From positions 1 to 64,000 of IMG/VR virus record IMGVR_UViG_3300012988_000001: a stretch of 64,000 nt of DNA; one strand, given 5' to 3'. Each line of letters starts with the position of its first letter. The first letter of the stretch is position 1. The translations under genes were made by a program, and so were the position numbers. The notes under the pieces were generated by a model, which was not told where the DNA came from, did no database searches, and worked only from the letters and a program-made list of their open reading frames with translations. Shown here piece by piece: positions 8,424 through 17,483 of this stretch.

Positions 8424-8696
8424 ATGATCACTCTGTTAACTCGTGAAGAAATCGAAACAGTACTGACTACTAACATTCAGGACTGGAAACTAAACGCAGA
8501 CGTATGCGAGGCACAGGATCTTAACGAGGAACTAACGGAGGATGATATTAGTACTATTATCTCCCCTGAGTTCTATGATGATATTCATAGCATGGATGAT
8601 ACATGGAACGTATTAGAAAAACACTTCCTTGACACTGAGCTAGACATTTACTCGCGAGATACTTTTATTTTGATTCATAACATTTATAATCGTTAA
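8424..8696 (+). CDS. Acidic hypothetical early protein
   Basis: Very D/E-rich; ORF behind cassette. Confidence 0.8.
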   Translation: MITLLTREEIETVLTTNIQDWKLNADVCEAQDLNEELTEDDISTIISPEFYDDIHSMDDTWNVLEKHFLDTELDIYSRDTFILIHNIYNR

Positions 8697-8697
8697 A

Positions 8698-8778
8698 AGT
8701 ACTTGCATTATTTTCTGATTACTGTATAATGTTTTGCATAGGGGGAAACATCTTCCCCCACTATTAAGAGAATGAATT
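8698..8778 (+). repeat. Promoter-stem-loop-RBS cassette, copy 10
   Basis: Nearly identical to copy 5. Confidence 0.85.
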
Positions 8779-9246
8779 ATGAATAGCAAAGAATTTACCG
8801 CAAAAGTTACCGCCGCTTTCCTCGCAGTATTCCCTAACGGTTGGGTACATGTTGGACGCCTCGCATTGGGTGGTGATGTTTGCATGGCGTTTGGTTTGAC
8901 TCGCGATCAAAAAGATTGCAGTTCAAACATTCGCGAAAATGATACTATGCGTATGACTTTCGCGATCCACGGCATGAAGTTTGGCAGTGATGATAATATC
9001 ACCGAAAAGCTGGAAATGGAACCGTACTACTCCGCGATAAGCACGATTCCACGCAAGCAATACTATGCTATGGGGCATGACAAGATCAAGACACGTAAAA
9101 CTACTAATACACCAGAAAAGCTCTTAGAAACGCTTGCACGCTATTTTAAAGCGGCTGGTGTTCAAGTACAGACATTAGCAGAAGCAAACGAGCTTTACAA
9201 TCAGGATCGCATTAAGCCGGAATATCTGCAAATTAATGTGAAATAG
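8779..9246 (+). CDS. Hypothetical early protein
   Basis: ORF behind cassette. Confidence 0.8.
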   Translation: MNSKEFTAKVTAAFLAVFPNGWVHVGRLALGGDVCMAFGLTRDQKDCSSNIRENDTMRMTFAIHGMKFGSDDNITEKLEMEPYYSAISTIPRKQYYAMGHDKIKTRKTTNTPEKLLETLARYFKAAGVQVQTLAEANELYNQDRIKPEYLQINVK

Positions 9247-9310
9247 TACTAGACAACCTAACGGGGCTATTATATAATAGTCCCATCTTAAGCAAACAGG
9301 AATAAAGAAA

Positions 9311-9541
9311 ATGTCAAATCGTGAAATCATTGCAACAGTACTGGTGCGTACACTGAATGCTTCGCGTTTAACCCAAGTTCGTAATATCGCCACTGCACAC
9401 GAAAACTGCTGGCGGGAGTTTTTGAATGGTAGTACTAGCTCACAGAATGCCGCTGATCATAAACTGACTGAGGCAGTTACTGCTGCGGTGGCAGAACTGG
9501 ATGATAAAGCAATTGAATATATTGCTACATTATTAAAATAA
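9311..9541 (+). CDS. Hypothetical early protein
   Basis: Own promoter with the -10 inside an inverted repeat (9263-9284). Confidence 0.75.
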   Translation: MSNREIIATVLVRTLNASRLTQVRNIATAHENCWREFLNGSTSSQNAADHKLTEAVTAAVAELDDKAIEYIATLLK

Positions 9542-9626
9542 GTACTTGCATTACTTCTGAATTCGCGTATAATGTTTTATATCGAGAGGGGGAAATGGTT
9601 CTCCCTCCGAACTTAAGGAAAGTATC
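9541..9626 (+). repeat. Promoter-stem-loop-RBS cassette, copy 11
   Basis: GAGAGGGGGAA-atgg-TTCTCCCTC variant. Confidence 0.85.
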
Positions 9627-9944
9627 ATGACTATCTCCAACGTTCAAGCTAACTTCGAAAACGAAATCATTGCTCAAGCCCTGCGTTTAGATGACGGTGT
9701 AGCAAGAATTAACTACGGTTTCAATTCAGGTGGTTACGAACAATATCAGTACTTCATTACTGCTGATGGCGGTATTCTGGGGATTAATACTGTGATGGTA
9801 AACATCCAGAGCATTAACTTCAATGATCCCGATGATAGCCAGTGGTACATTGTAGGGGTAGACGTGAACTATGAAGACGACACCCTAACCGATGACCACA
9901 CAGGGGAACGTCTGGAAAGTGCTTACGGCGAACCTGAAGAATAA
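9627..9944 (+). CDS. Conserved acidic phage protein
   Basis: GGYxxY..T.DGG.L...QW..VG.DVN.ED..L.DD.TGER.ESAYG pattern; function unknown. Confidence 0.8.
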   Translation: MTISNVQANFENEIIAQALRLDDGVARINYGFNSGGYEQYQYFITADGGILGINTVMVNIQSINFNDPDDSQWYIVGVDVNYEDDTLTDDHTGERLESAYGEPEE

Positions 9945-9947
9945 CAC

Positions 9948-10070
9948 GAAAGGGGGCAGATAGCCCCCTGTTTATTTGTACAGTACTAAAACCTATAGAT
10001 ACATTTGTGCACCCTGTGGGCTAGTGTTCTCTATGGGATACATTATGCCAAAATGCTGGTGGCTTGTCAA
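9948..10070 (-). ncRNA. CCCACAGGGTGC element, copy F
   Basis: TTGACA(10065-10070) N17 CATAAT(10042-10047); core 10008-10020; hairpin 9951-9969. Confidence 0.6.
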
Positions 10071-10162
10071 CAACTTTTTTAACGAGTTAATTAAAATAAA
10101 GTACTTGCATTACTTTGGTAGTACTGTATAATGTTTATATCAAGACGAGAGGACGAAACAAA

Positions 10163-10702
10163 ATGATTACTACACTGTACCACGGCAGCAGCAATTTTGA
10201 CCACAGACCGGGTTACCTCGGCGGGAAGAAAGATAACTTTCAATACGGTGTAGGGCTGTACACTACCAACTCTTACAACTGGGCAGAACTTTACGGGCGA
10301 TCTGTGTATGCTCTTACAGTAGAACTGAATGAAGCACAACACGCGAACAACGTAGAAATTAGCATTGAAAATCTTATGTACTGGACTAAATGCTATTGCT
10401 CGCAAAAGGTTGCGAAGCTCTTTGTAAAAGAGTTTAGCCAACGCGAAACAATGTCAGGGCAGCGGTTTGAATTGTGGCTGTACTGGAATGTAAGACGCTT
10501 GCACTTGATTGCAAAAGAGTTAGCCGCTTTCTTTACTGCTCAAGGCATCACACACAACAGCGATGCGGGGAACTACGGCGGCAAACTGATCCGAATCTAT
10601 GATTTCGATATTATCACACAAAGCACTAAAGATAAGAAAGTACTTAAAGATCTACAATATGCAACAACAGAACTACCTCAATATATCTTAGAAAGGGCTT
10701 GA
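10163..10702 (+). CDS. Putative ADP-ribosyltransferase-fold protein
   Basis: TLYHGSS...GVGLYTT...YG..VY match ART strand motifs; own promoter. Confidence 0.5.
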   Translation: MITTLYHGSSNFDHRPGYLGGKKDNFQYGVGLYTTNSYNWAELYGRSVYALTVELNEAQHANNVEISIENLMYWTKCYCSQKVAKLFVKEFSQRETMSGQRFELWLYWNVRRLHLIAKELAAFFTAQGITHNSDAGNYGGKLIRIYDFDIITQSTKDKKVLKDLQYATTELPQYILERA

Positions 10703-10759
10703 CGGTATAACGGGGCTATTATATAATAGTCCCATATTAAGCAAACAAGGAATTAAATT

Positions 10760-10984
10760 ATGTCTCTGTACTCATTAGATATTCAAACACCAGATTTCAT
10801 CACTAAAATAATTGTATCATCGGAACAGCGAGAATTAGATGATGCAAAGGCTGAAGTTCTGGAATGGGCGAAAGGTTTTTATCCTGCTGGTACTAACTTA
10901 CAGGTAAAATGGATCTCGCACGAAACGAAAATTGATTTACATTATTTTGTATCAGGTGGTTATTCCGCTATTAAAATTCTGTAA
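10760..10984 (+). CDS. Hypothetical early protein
   Basis: Own promoter and RBS. Confidence 0.75.
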   Translation: MSLYSLDIQTPDFITKIIVSSEQRELDDAKAEVLEWAKGFYPAGTNLQVKWISHETKIDLHYFVSGGYSAIKIL

Positions 10985-11063
10985 TTATTATCAAAAGTAC
11001 TCTTGACAATACTTTGAGAGTACTTTATAATAATCACATCACTTAAGCAAAGAGGCAAGACAA

Positions 11064-11303
11064 ATGGAAAGAGTACTGAAAATCTCCTACAACTGGACTA
11101 ACAACGACAACGAAAGTGGTGAAGTTCTGGAGCATCATAAAGAGTACTTAGAAGAAAGTGCTTTTGACCGGATCGGTTATATGATGAAACAGGGCTACAC
11201 AAGCGGGGAATTGTCTGATAACATTCATTCGCAGGAAGATCCCGCAGATCATGAAGGTACTAGTTATAGTGGCTGGTGGTCTGTAAGTAAAGAGGATTCG
11301 TAA
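11064..11303 (+). CDS. Acidic hypothetical protein; paralogue of 2549..2767
   Basis: EVLEHHKEYLEESAFDRIGYM...GEL...YSGWWSV. Confidence 0.8.
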   Translation: MERVLKISYNWTNNDNESGEVLEHHKEYLEESAFDRIGYMMKQGYTSGELSDNIHSQEDPADHEGTSYSGWWSVSKEDS

Positions 11304-11453
11304 ATGAAAAAAGAATTCATTCTACGCGTACAAATGAAATCAGGGGGAACCCGCACATTTCGCGAATGGGGATGGTCGGCGGGTGATGCATACCAGACTT
11401 TAAAAAAGAATAACCCCGATGTACAGTACAAGATAGAAGGAAAGGCGGCGTAA
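11304..11453 (+). CDS. Small hypothetical protein (49 aa)
   Basis: TAAATG junction; hand translation MKKEFILRVQMKSGG... Confidence 0.55.
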   Translation: MKKEFILRVQMKSGGTRTFREWGWSAGDAYQTLKKNNPDVQYKIEGKAA

Positions 11454-11546
11454 TTATTATCAAAAGTACTTGTATTACTGGAGCGAGTACTTTATAATAC
11501 TTACATCAACTAAGCAATAACGCTTAATTAAACCGAGGACAGGAAA

Positions 11547-11684
11547 ATGAAAGAATCTCAATACGAAGCAGTACTGGCACAGACTGGTGAAGACCTGACG
11601 CCTGAGCAGTACGCGAAAATTGAGGAACTGCTGCTGGCTGGTAAGTCGGTTAAAGACACTGTGAAAGCCGTCCGTAAAATGTAA
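11547..11684 (+). CDS. Small hypothetical protein (45 aa)
   Basis: Own promoter (~11465-11497), AGGA RBS. Confidence 0.6.
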   Translation: MKESQYEAVLAQTGEDLTPEQYAKIEELLLAGKSVKDTVKAVRKM

Positions 11685-11892
11685 TAAAGGGGCGTACAAT
11701 GATTAAACCAATAGATCCTATTGTACGCCTTTATTACAACACGTACAAACCATCAGATCTCAAAAGGCTGGTGGAGGAAAGAAAAGAAGTACAAAAAGAT
11801 TTAAAAAGTACTTGCAATAAAATCGATATCAAAGTATAATGTTTACATCAGCTAGGGAATGGTCCACTAGCTAACTAACAGGAAATAAAATC

Positions 11893-12258
11893 ATGGCTAT
11901 CATCTCCGCTTTCTTCTCTTCTCGTAAACTGGCTCGTGATGCTAAAGTTGATCTGGGTGGTAAGATTGTTGATAATGGTACAACCGCACCAGCGGGACAG
12001 CGTTGGGAACTCCAGTACGAAGCAGCCCCGAAATCAGCAGCCATCGCAGAACTGGCGGCGATCATGGAAGCTGAAGTAGTGGACATGAAACTTGAAGAGG
12101 TTAAACCTCGTGATCTGATGGGCTTGCCACGCCCTGTAAGTAAACACCAAACGGCTCGCGAATATGTACTCAAGGATCGCAAAAACAATCCGGTACGCGT
12201 ACAGGTTCGCCGCAGTAAAACCAATGCCCTGTTAGCCGCTCACATGGCGAAAGCATAA
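11893..12258 (+). CDS. Hypothetical early protein
   Basis: Own promoter TTGCAA N17 TATAAT, AGGA RBS, host-like codons. Confidence 0.85.
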   Translation: MAIISAFFSSRKLARDAKVDLGGKIVDNGTTAPAGQRWELQYEAAPKSAAIAELAAIMEAEVVDMKLEEVKPRDLMGLPRPVSKHQTAREYVLKDRKNNPVRVQVRRSKTNALLAAHMAKA

Positions 12259-12304
12259 CCGAACATGGGGGAGAACTTTCTCCCCCTCTTTTAAGAGAAA
12301 GAAC

Positions 12305-12556
12305 ATGAAAAAGAAAGTACAGTTAGTTAACGGTAGTTTCATGCGATTGCATTATAAACCCATTCAAAGAGTCATTGATCGAGGTGTAGAAGTAGCTAAT
12401 AAGTATGTACTAGGAGAGATCCGACCTCGCAAACTTAATAACGGAAAGTTTGAAGTACTGGAAGTTTCACGCACAGAACGTATTGTAATTGACAAAGACA
12501 AAAACATCCACTTTCTGAGCCACGAAAAGTACAATGATTTCATCGAAAAATATTGA
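12305..12556 (+). CDS. Hypothetical protein
   Basis: Preceded by a promoterless hairpin-RBS half-cassette (GGGGGAGAA/TTCTCCCCC). Confidence 0.75.
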   Translation: MKKKVQLVNGSFMRLHYKPIQRVIDRGVEVANKYVLGEIRPRKLNNGKFEVLEVSRTERIVIDKDKNIHFLSHEKYNDFIEKY

Positions 12557-12563
12557 TAAAAAA

Positions 12564-12645
12564 GGGTTGACTTCGGTTGGCCCTTTTGCTATTATATACG
12601 CATAGAAACAAACTAGCCCACAGGGTGCATAAATACGTCTATAAT
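12564..12645 (+). promoter_or_regulatory. Terminator/promoter hybrid plus CCCACAGGGTGC element, copy G (leader of gene 12666)
   Basis: TTGACT(12567) N17 TATTAT(12590); core 12617-12629. Confidence 0.65.
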
Positions 12646-12665
12646 TTACCGAAAGGAGAAACCAT

Positions 12666-13202
12666 ATGCCCGGACAATTCCGATCAAAAGCAGGTGCTAC
12701 GCTCGCAGGTCATAGCGACAAGTGGAGCGACGAGAACCGCAGAACAAACAGCCACAACGCAGGACAGGGTTCACGAGGTTCCCGCAACCAAGGCACTGGT
12801 GCACAAGGCAAAGCAAACACCGTAGCATCACAAGGTATCGACACATCCAGAATGAAACCAGAAGAGAAGCTACGCTATTTTAATTCTCTTGGATTACTTG
12901 GGAACAAACCAGAACCAGAAATCGAAGTAGAGCCACCAAAACACCACCAGCAAGCACCAGTAGACAGCAAGACACTAATCAGTAACCTACGCGAACAATG
13001 GTCCGAGATCTTCGGAGAGAACGCAGGACTGATGAAAGGCATCATTAACACAATGAAGCAAGTCCCACCAGCTAAGTTTAAGAAAGCAGCACAGGCAGCA
13101 TATAGAGCCACCGCAGAGATCACAGCAAAGACTGATGATATCTATGATATACAAGAATACATCCAGAACGCAATCAATGAGATTGCCTATCAAGATCTAT
13201 AA
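12666..13202 (+). CDS. Hypothetical protein with disordered G/N/Q-rich N-terminus; T-poor coding strand
   Basis: AGGAG RBS; only 2-6 T per 60 nt in several lines. Confidence 0.8.
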   Translation: MPGQFRSKAGATLAGHSDKWSDENRRTNSHNAGQGSRGSRNQGTGAQGKANTVASQGIDTSRMKPEEKLRYFNSLGLLGNKPEPEIEVEPPKHHQQAPVDSKTLISNLREQWSEIFGENAGLMKGIINTMKQVPPAKFKKAAQAAYRATAEITAKTDDIYDIQEYIQNAINEIAYQDL

Positions 13203-13269
13203 AAAATAAAGGGTTGACTTCGGTTAGCCCTTTTGTTATTCTATCAGTACAACAACAGAGGACAACACA

Positions 13270-13551
13270 ATGAAACATATACTCACCATTCTCGCAGTAC
13301 TGGCATCATTCAACGCAGCAGCCACGACACCACCGCATGAAGTTAGATGTACGTCCTCCGGTATTCCTAGCATCATTGTATTAGCTGATGGTGTACTGAT
13401 GGATGATATGGAGCGTCTTATTGCAACAGAGATTCACACTGGAATCTTTGAATCTATTGACGAATACGGCAAAGTAACATATACTATTCATGGTAACAAT
13501 ATTATCATGAAAGGAAACGGATTCACTAAAGAGTATGTCTGTGATCTATAA
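13270..13551 (+). CDS. Putative exported protein
   Basis: Signal-peptide-like MKHILTILAVLASFNAAA. Confidence 0.7.
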   Translation: MKHILTILAVLASFNAAATTPPHEVRCTSSGIPSIIVLADGVLMDDMERLIATEIHTGIFESIDEYGKVTYTIHGNNIIMKGNGFTKEYVCDL

Positions 13552-13726
13552 AATTGTACTCAAAGGCTTAATGCCCGGTAGCGAAGTCTGGGAACAGCAC
13601 ACAGCATTCATCTCATCACAACCCGGTGATGACATAGATGGCATGATACTTGCACACATCTATGAATGGCGTAGCAAAGCAGGATACTACAAAGTGAAAT
13701 ATATGTCAAAAGAGGTAATCCAATGA
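13535..13726 (+). CDS. Hypothetical protein
   Basis: Operon ORF. Confidence 0.55.
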   Translation: MSVIYKIVLKGLMPGSEVWEQHTAFISSQPGDDIDGMILAHIYEWRSKAGYYKVKYMSKEVIQ

Positions 13727-13751
13727 GATAACTTTACAGAGGATTATCTTA

Positions 13752-13967
13752 ATGCCAACTCATTCTATTATTTTAAATGGTAAACGTTTCAAGATGACTG
13801 AGGGAGTTTTACAAAGTACTAACACACAATTGATCCTTGACAAATTGACTAAGGATGAATGTGATGCTATACTACGTGAAGCAAATAAAATTAAATCCAC
13901 CGTAGCAGCACATCCGGTCAAACGTCAACTGTTACAGGGAATTATTATGGGGTGTTTGCGTAAATGA
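13752..13967 (+). CDS. Hypothetical protein
   Basis: GAGGA RBS. Confidence 0.65.
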   Translation: MPTHSIILNGKRFKMTEGVLQSTNTQLILDKLTKDECDAILREANKIKSTVAAHPVKRQLLQGIIMGCLRK

Positions 13968-14142
13968 TTTATCAAGAGATTGTCAAGCGATTAAAAGAGC
14001 TTGACTTTGGTAATGCAATACGTTATGCTAGTGCAAATGCATTCGAACTGCAAGCACTGCACGATCAAGGTCATAGCATTGAGTCGCTGGTGGAGATCTG
14101 TTTAAACCATAAATAACCTTGTAACCTTACAAGGAGTATAAC

Positions 14143-14412
14143 ATGGTTAAAACAGATTTAAACACGGTCCAATCATGGCACAAAGTCCAGTTAGACCAAC
14201 TGCCCCAACTTTTAAAAGATCAAGGGTTCCAATATGTAAAAGCATTCAGTACTGATGAACATAGAATCTTTGTATCACAGGATGGTAACTACAAATTGAT
14301 TATACATAAAAACGTAGGGAAACTATATCCTACTAAAAATAATCAGTGCTTGCACACATTTGCAATTGTTGCACCAATGCCAAAATTAAATGACGTTAAA
14401 AGGGTTGACTAA
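14143..14412 (+). CDS. Hypothetical protein
   Basis: AAGGAG RBS. Confidence 0.75.
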   Translation: MVKTDLNTVQSWHKVQLDQLPQLLKDQGFQYVKAFSTDEHRIFVSQDGNYKLIIHKNVGKLYPTKNNQCLHTFAIVAPMPKLNDVKRVD

Positions 14413-14461
14413 GGTCGGCCCTTTTGCTATTATAACTACATCGAAACGAAGGAGTTAAATC

Positions 14462-15052
14462 ATGTACGTCACTAAAGCAGCCAAAGCACATCTTAAAGCA
14501 CTGGACCTGTTACCTACTAATAACCAAATGCTTAAGTACTGTAGAGAGAATCTTACTCGTTTGGGTAAAGGTTCTAGTCGTGAAGTGTTTGCACTCTCCG
14601 ATACGCTGGTGGTCAAGGTGGCACTGGGCGGCGTAGGTGTGAAGCAGAACGAGAATGAGATCCGAGTGTGGAATCTCGTCAGCTATGACTACATCGGAAT
14701 GAAACGTTCCTTTGCTAAAGTACTGGTAAATGAAGGACACTGGAAGGACTTCTATATTGTAATGGAACGTCTGGAAACTAACACAGTGTCACGCAGCATC
14801 TTTAATACTAAAACAGTGCAGCAATGGCGTACTGATCGCAAAGCAATGCATCCTACTGCCAAGCGTATTTTTAAAGATGTACAAGACACCGACGACAACG
14901 CGTTTACCAATAACATTGCAGACATTACGCCTCGCAATATGGGAACATCAAAATCAGGTGTTGTCAAGATGCTTGACTATGGTTTTAGTACTCCCATATG
15001 GAATGGTATCGCGAAAGGCAAACTAAAAAATCGCGAATTACTTATTCGTTAG
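14462..15052 (+). CDS. Protein-kinase-like (Ser/Thr kinase fold) protein
   Basis: LGKGSSREVF Gly loop, VVKVA Lys, NENE Glu, VMERL hinge, DITPRNMG catalytic loop, LDYG (DFG-like). Confidence 0.75.
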   Translation: MYVTKAAKAHLKALDLLPTNNQMLKYCRENLTRLGKGSSREVFALSDTLVVKVALGGVGVKQNENEIRVWNLVSYDYIGMKRSFAKVLVNEGHWKDFYIVMERLETNTVSRSIFNTKTVQQWRTDRKAMHPTAKRIFKDVQDTDDNAFTNNIADITPRNMGTSKSGVVKMLDYGFSTPIWNGIAKGKLKNRELLIR

Positions 15053-15113
15053 TACTTGACAGATAATAGCTGGTGGGATATAATTATCCCATCAACTACA
15101 GAGGAAAGCAATC

Positions 15114-15335
15114 ATGGGATTCAAAGTTCGCCAGTGGTCAACAACAAACGCTCGCCCATTCGATGTAGTGTACGAAGACCACGCACTAAACAACGTACAC
15201 TATCAGCCAAACGTAGAGTTTAGTACTCCAGAACTGGCAGAGCATCACATGCAATCACTGGTTAAAAACTTCACAGATGATAGTCTATCATTCATTCGTG
15301 ATCACTGGCCTACCGATGGTGCAGTAACAGAATAA
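15114..15335 (+). CDS. Hypothetical early protein
   Basis: Own promoter with a Chi site in the spacer; GAGGA RBS. Confidence 0.75.
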   Translation: MGFKVRQWSTTNARPFDVVYEDHALNNVHYQPNVEFSTPELAEHHMQSLVKNFTDDSLSFIRDHWPTDGAVTE

Positions 15336-15661
15336 CAAAAGAAAGGGTTGACTTCGGTCGGCCCTTTTGTTATTATATCAGTACATCCAAAGGGGGACAT
15401 ATGAAATATATTTTGATGGTAGGTATGATGATTTTATATCAACGCCAAACAGCATTCCCATTGCTGGGAATTATTGCAATTCTTACTGGTTTATTGATTT
15501 GGAGATGGTAACATGGCTAAGGTCACGATTGAAACAGTAAAAGAAACCATTAAGTTAATGGATGAATTGAACGGCACGGATCATTATAATACTATTGATT
15601 GGGATAATCCCAGTACTGAATTACCTGCTTTCTTAACTGATAAGAAAGATGATAAAAAGGA

Positions 15662-15760
15662 TTGACACATAACTGCCAATGAGATATTATATAGTCATTG
15701 GCAGATAAGCTACTAACCCACAGGGTGCAGTAGTCCGTCTATAGTTTGAGTACTTACAAT
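15662..15760 (+). ncRNA. CCCACAGGGTGC element, copy H
   Basis: TTGACA(15662) N17 TATTAT(15685); core 15717-15729 then TCCGTCTATAG. Confidence 0.6.
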
Positions 15761-16153
15761 ATTGTAAATGATCTTGACCGCCGAGGCAATTTGATCAATA
15801 ATTGATCAAGAAATTTTAGAGTACTGGATTATGGTTGAAATTATGAAACAATATGGTAATGTATTACTGAAAACGGAGAACGACTATTATGTAGTAAGAT
15901 CGGGCCGCGAAAGTATTCAAACACAAAACGCTTTCCATGCTCTGGTATGGTATGCAAAATTTATCATGAAGGAAAACAAATGAGAATACCTGCTCTTATC
16001 CTTCTAGTACTCGTCGTGCTGTATGTAGCTAATGCTATACAGGATGAAAGCAGTATTCAGTACTGGAATGAAATGAAATATTATTGGAATAAGTCTTGAC
16101 ATAGCTGGTGGACTATCCTATAATATATACATCTTAACAAAGAGGATTACCAA

Positions 16154-16333
16154 ATGGTACACGTAGATCTGGAAGTACAAAAGAAAGTCTGGTACGATAT
16201 CGGCCTGAAAGGTATTAACTGGTCTGACGCTCAATACGCTGCACTCAAAGCACTTGACCGTTATCAACGTGAACAAGTACTTGAGGCACACAAGAAAGGT
16301 GTGAATGACCGCATCGATCTTGAAGTACTGTAA
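16154..16333 (+). CDS. Small hypothetical protein (59 aa)
   Basis: Own promoter with Chi in the spacer, GAGGA RBS, terminator at 16341-16378. Confidence 0.7.
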   Translation: MVHVDLEVQKKVWYDIGLKGINWSDAQYAALKALDRYQREQVLEAHKKGVNDRIDLEVL

Positions 16334-16450
16334 ATCCTAAAAGGCCAATAACACATTGGCCTTTTTTTCGTTTATACACTAAATCAATTACGATTTCAAG
16401 AAATTTTAGAAAGTACTTTAAATCGAAAATAGTTTATATAAATTTCAGAA

Positions 16451-16536
16451 AGTACTTGCAATCAATATTAGAAAGCGTATAATGTATTACATCGAGAGGG
16501 GAAATGGTTCTACTCTCAAACGTTAAGGAAATGATT
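16451..16536 (+). repeat. Promoter-stem-loop-RBS cassette, copy 12
   Basis: GAGAGGGGAA..TTCTACTCTC variant. Confidence 0.8.
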
Positions 16537-17067
16537 ATGTACTCTTCAGTTCAAACTATGGTTAACGTCAACGCTGCTACTGGTATCGCTTATGGTTACA
16601 TCAACGCTAACAATGTAAACGGTGATGTACTGCATGATATCTTCTGCAATGGCATCGATTCACGCAGATTAGAATGTGATATCGAGTTTGCTTCAAAACA
16701 TGGTTTCGTTACTCCTGAGCAGGAAGAGAATGAATTATTCAGTACTTACCTCGCTCGCATTCAAGATGTAATGCTTGACTTCCTTAACAATCTGCAAGAT
16801 GAGGAAGGTAATGATCTCACAGAACTGGTGGAAGAACATGATCGCCAGTACGAAGAGTTTACAGGTGATATCCACGTAGCAACAATCGATGACACTACTG
16901 TTATCTATAACACTGACAGTAATACTATCTGCGTGATGGATAGCAAAACTGTAGGGAAGTACTTCTTATGCTCCCCTTGCTGCCCTAACGCTGGTGATTT
17001 GGATAGTGCTGGTGGCGATGTAGAAACTTACGATGTACCAGCTAGCTGGCGTGAAATGGACTACTAA
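16537..17067 (+). CDS. Acidic conserved phage protein (C-terminal CSPCCPNAGDLD)
   Basis: ORF behind cassette. Confidence 0.8.
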   Translation: MYSSVQTMVNVNAATGIAYGYINANNVNGDVLHDIFCNGIDSRRLECDIEFASKHGFVTPEQEENELFSTYLARIQDVMLDFLNNLQDEEGNDLTELVEEHDRQYEEFTGDIHVATIDDTTVIYNTDSNTICVMDSKTVGKYFLCSPCCPNAGDLDSAGGDVETYDVPASWREMDY

Positions 17068-17103
17068 TATAGCGAATGAGCGATGATATGTCAAGTCTAA
17101 AAA

Positions 17104-17186
17104 AGTACTTGCAATCATCGCTCAGTACTGTATAATGATTTGCATAGGGAGAGAATAGTTTTCTCCCAATAGTAAGGAATACTGTT
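17104..17186 (+). repeat. Promoter-stem-loop-RBS cassette, copy 13
   Basis: GGGAGAGAA-tagtt-TTCTCCC variant. Confidence 0.85.
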
Positions 17187-17471
17187 ATGTTTAACGGTCA
17201 TATTGCAAACTTCGCATTACGTCGCGGTGTAGAGATTCAAGTAGTCGAAGCAAATGAAATCGACAATGAATACAATGAATTGTGGTTCTACGCCGCAGAC
17301 AATGACTGTGAGCCAGAAATGATGTACATCCAAAACAATGATGGTACTTTATCATTCAAAGGTAAGTTAAACAAATCACTTGAAGATCTGCCAGCGTGGA
17401 TCGATAGCAAAGATAAACTGAAAAAAGTTATCTGCTATCTGTCAGATATGCTCGCTGCCGAAGCAATGTAA
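17187..17471 (+). CDS. Hypothetical early protein
   Basis: ORF behind cassette. Confidence 0.8.
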   Translation: MFNGHIANFALRRGVEIQVVEANEIDNEYNELWFYAADNDCEPEMMYIQNNDGTLSFKGKLNKSLEDLPAWIDSKDKLKKVICYLSDMLAAEAM

Positions 17472-17483
17472 TCTTTACAAAAC

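Noticed and set aside
15790-15812. TTGATCAA-TAA-TTGATCAA palindrome
   Set aside because: Single AT-rich occurrence with no supporting context.
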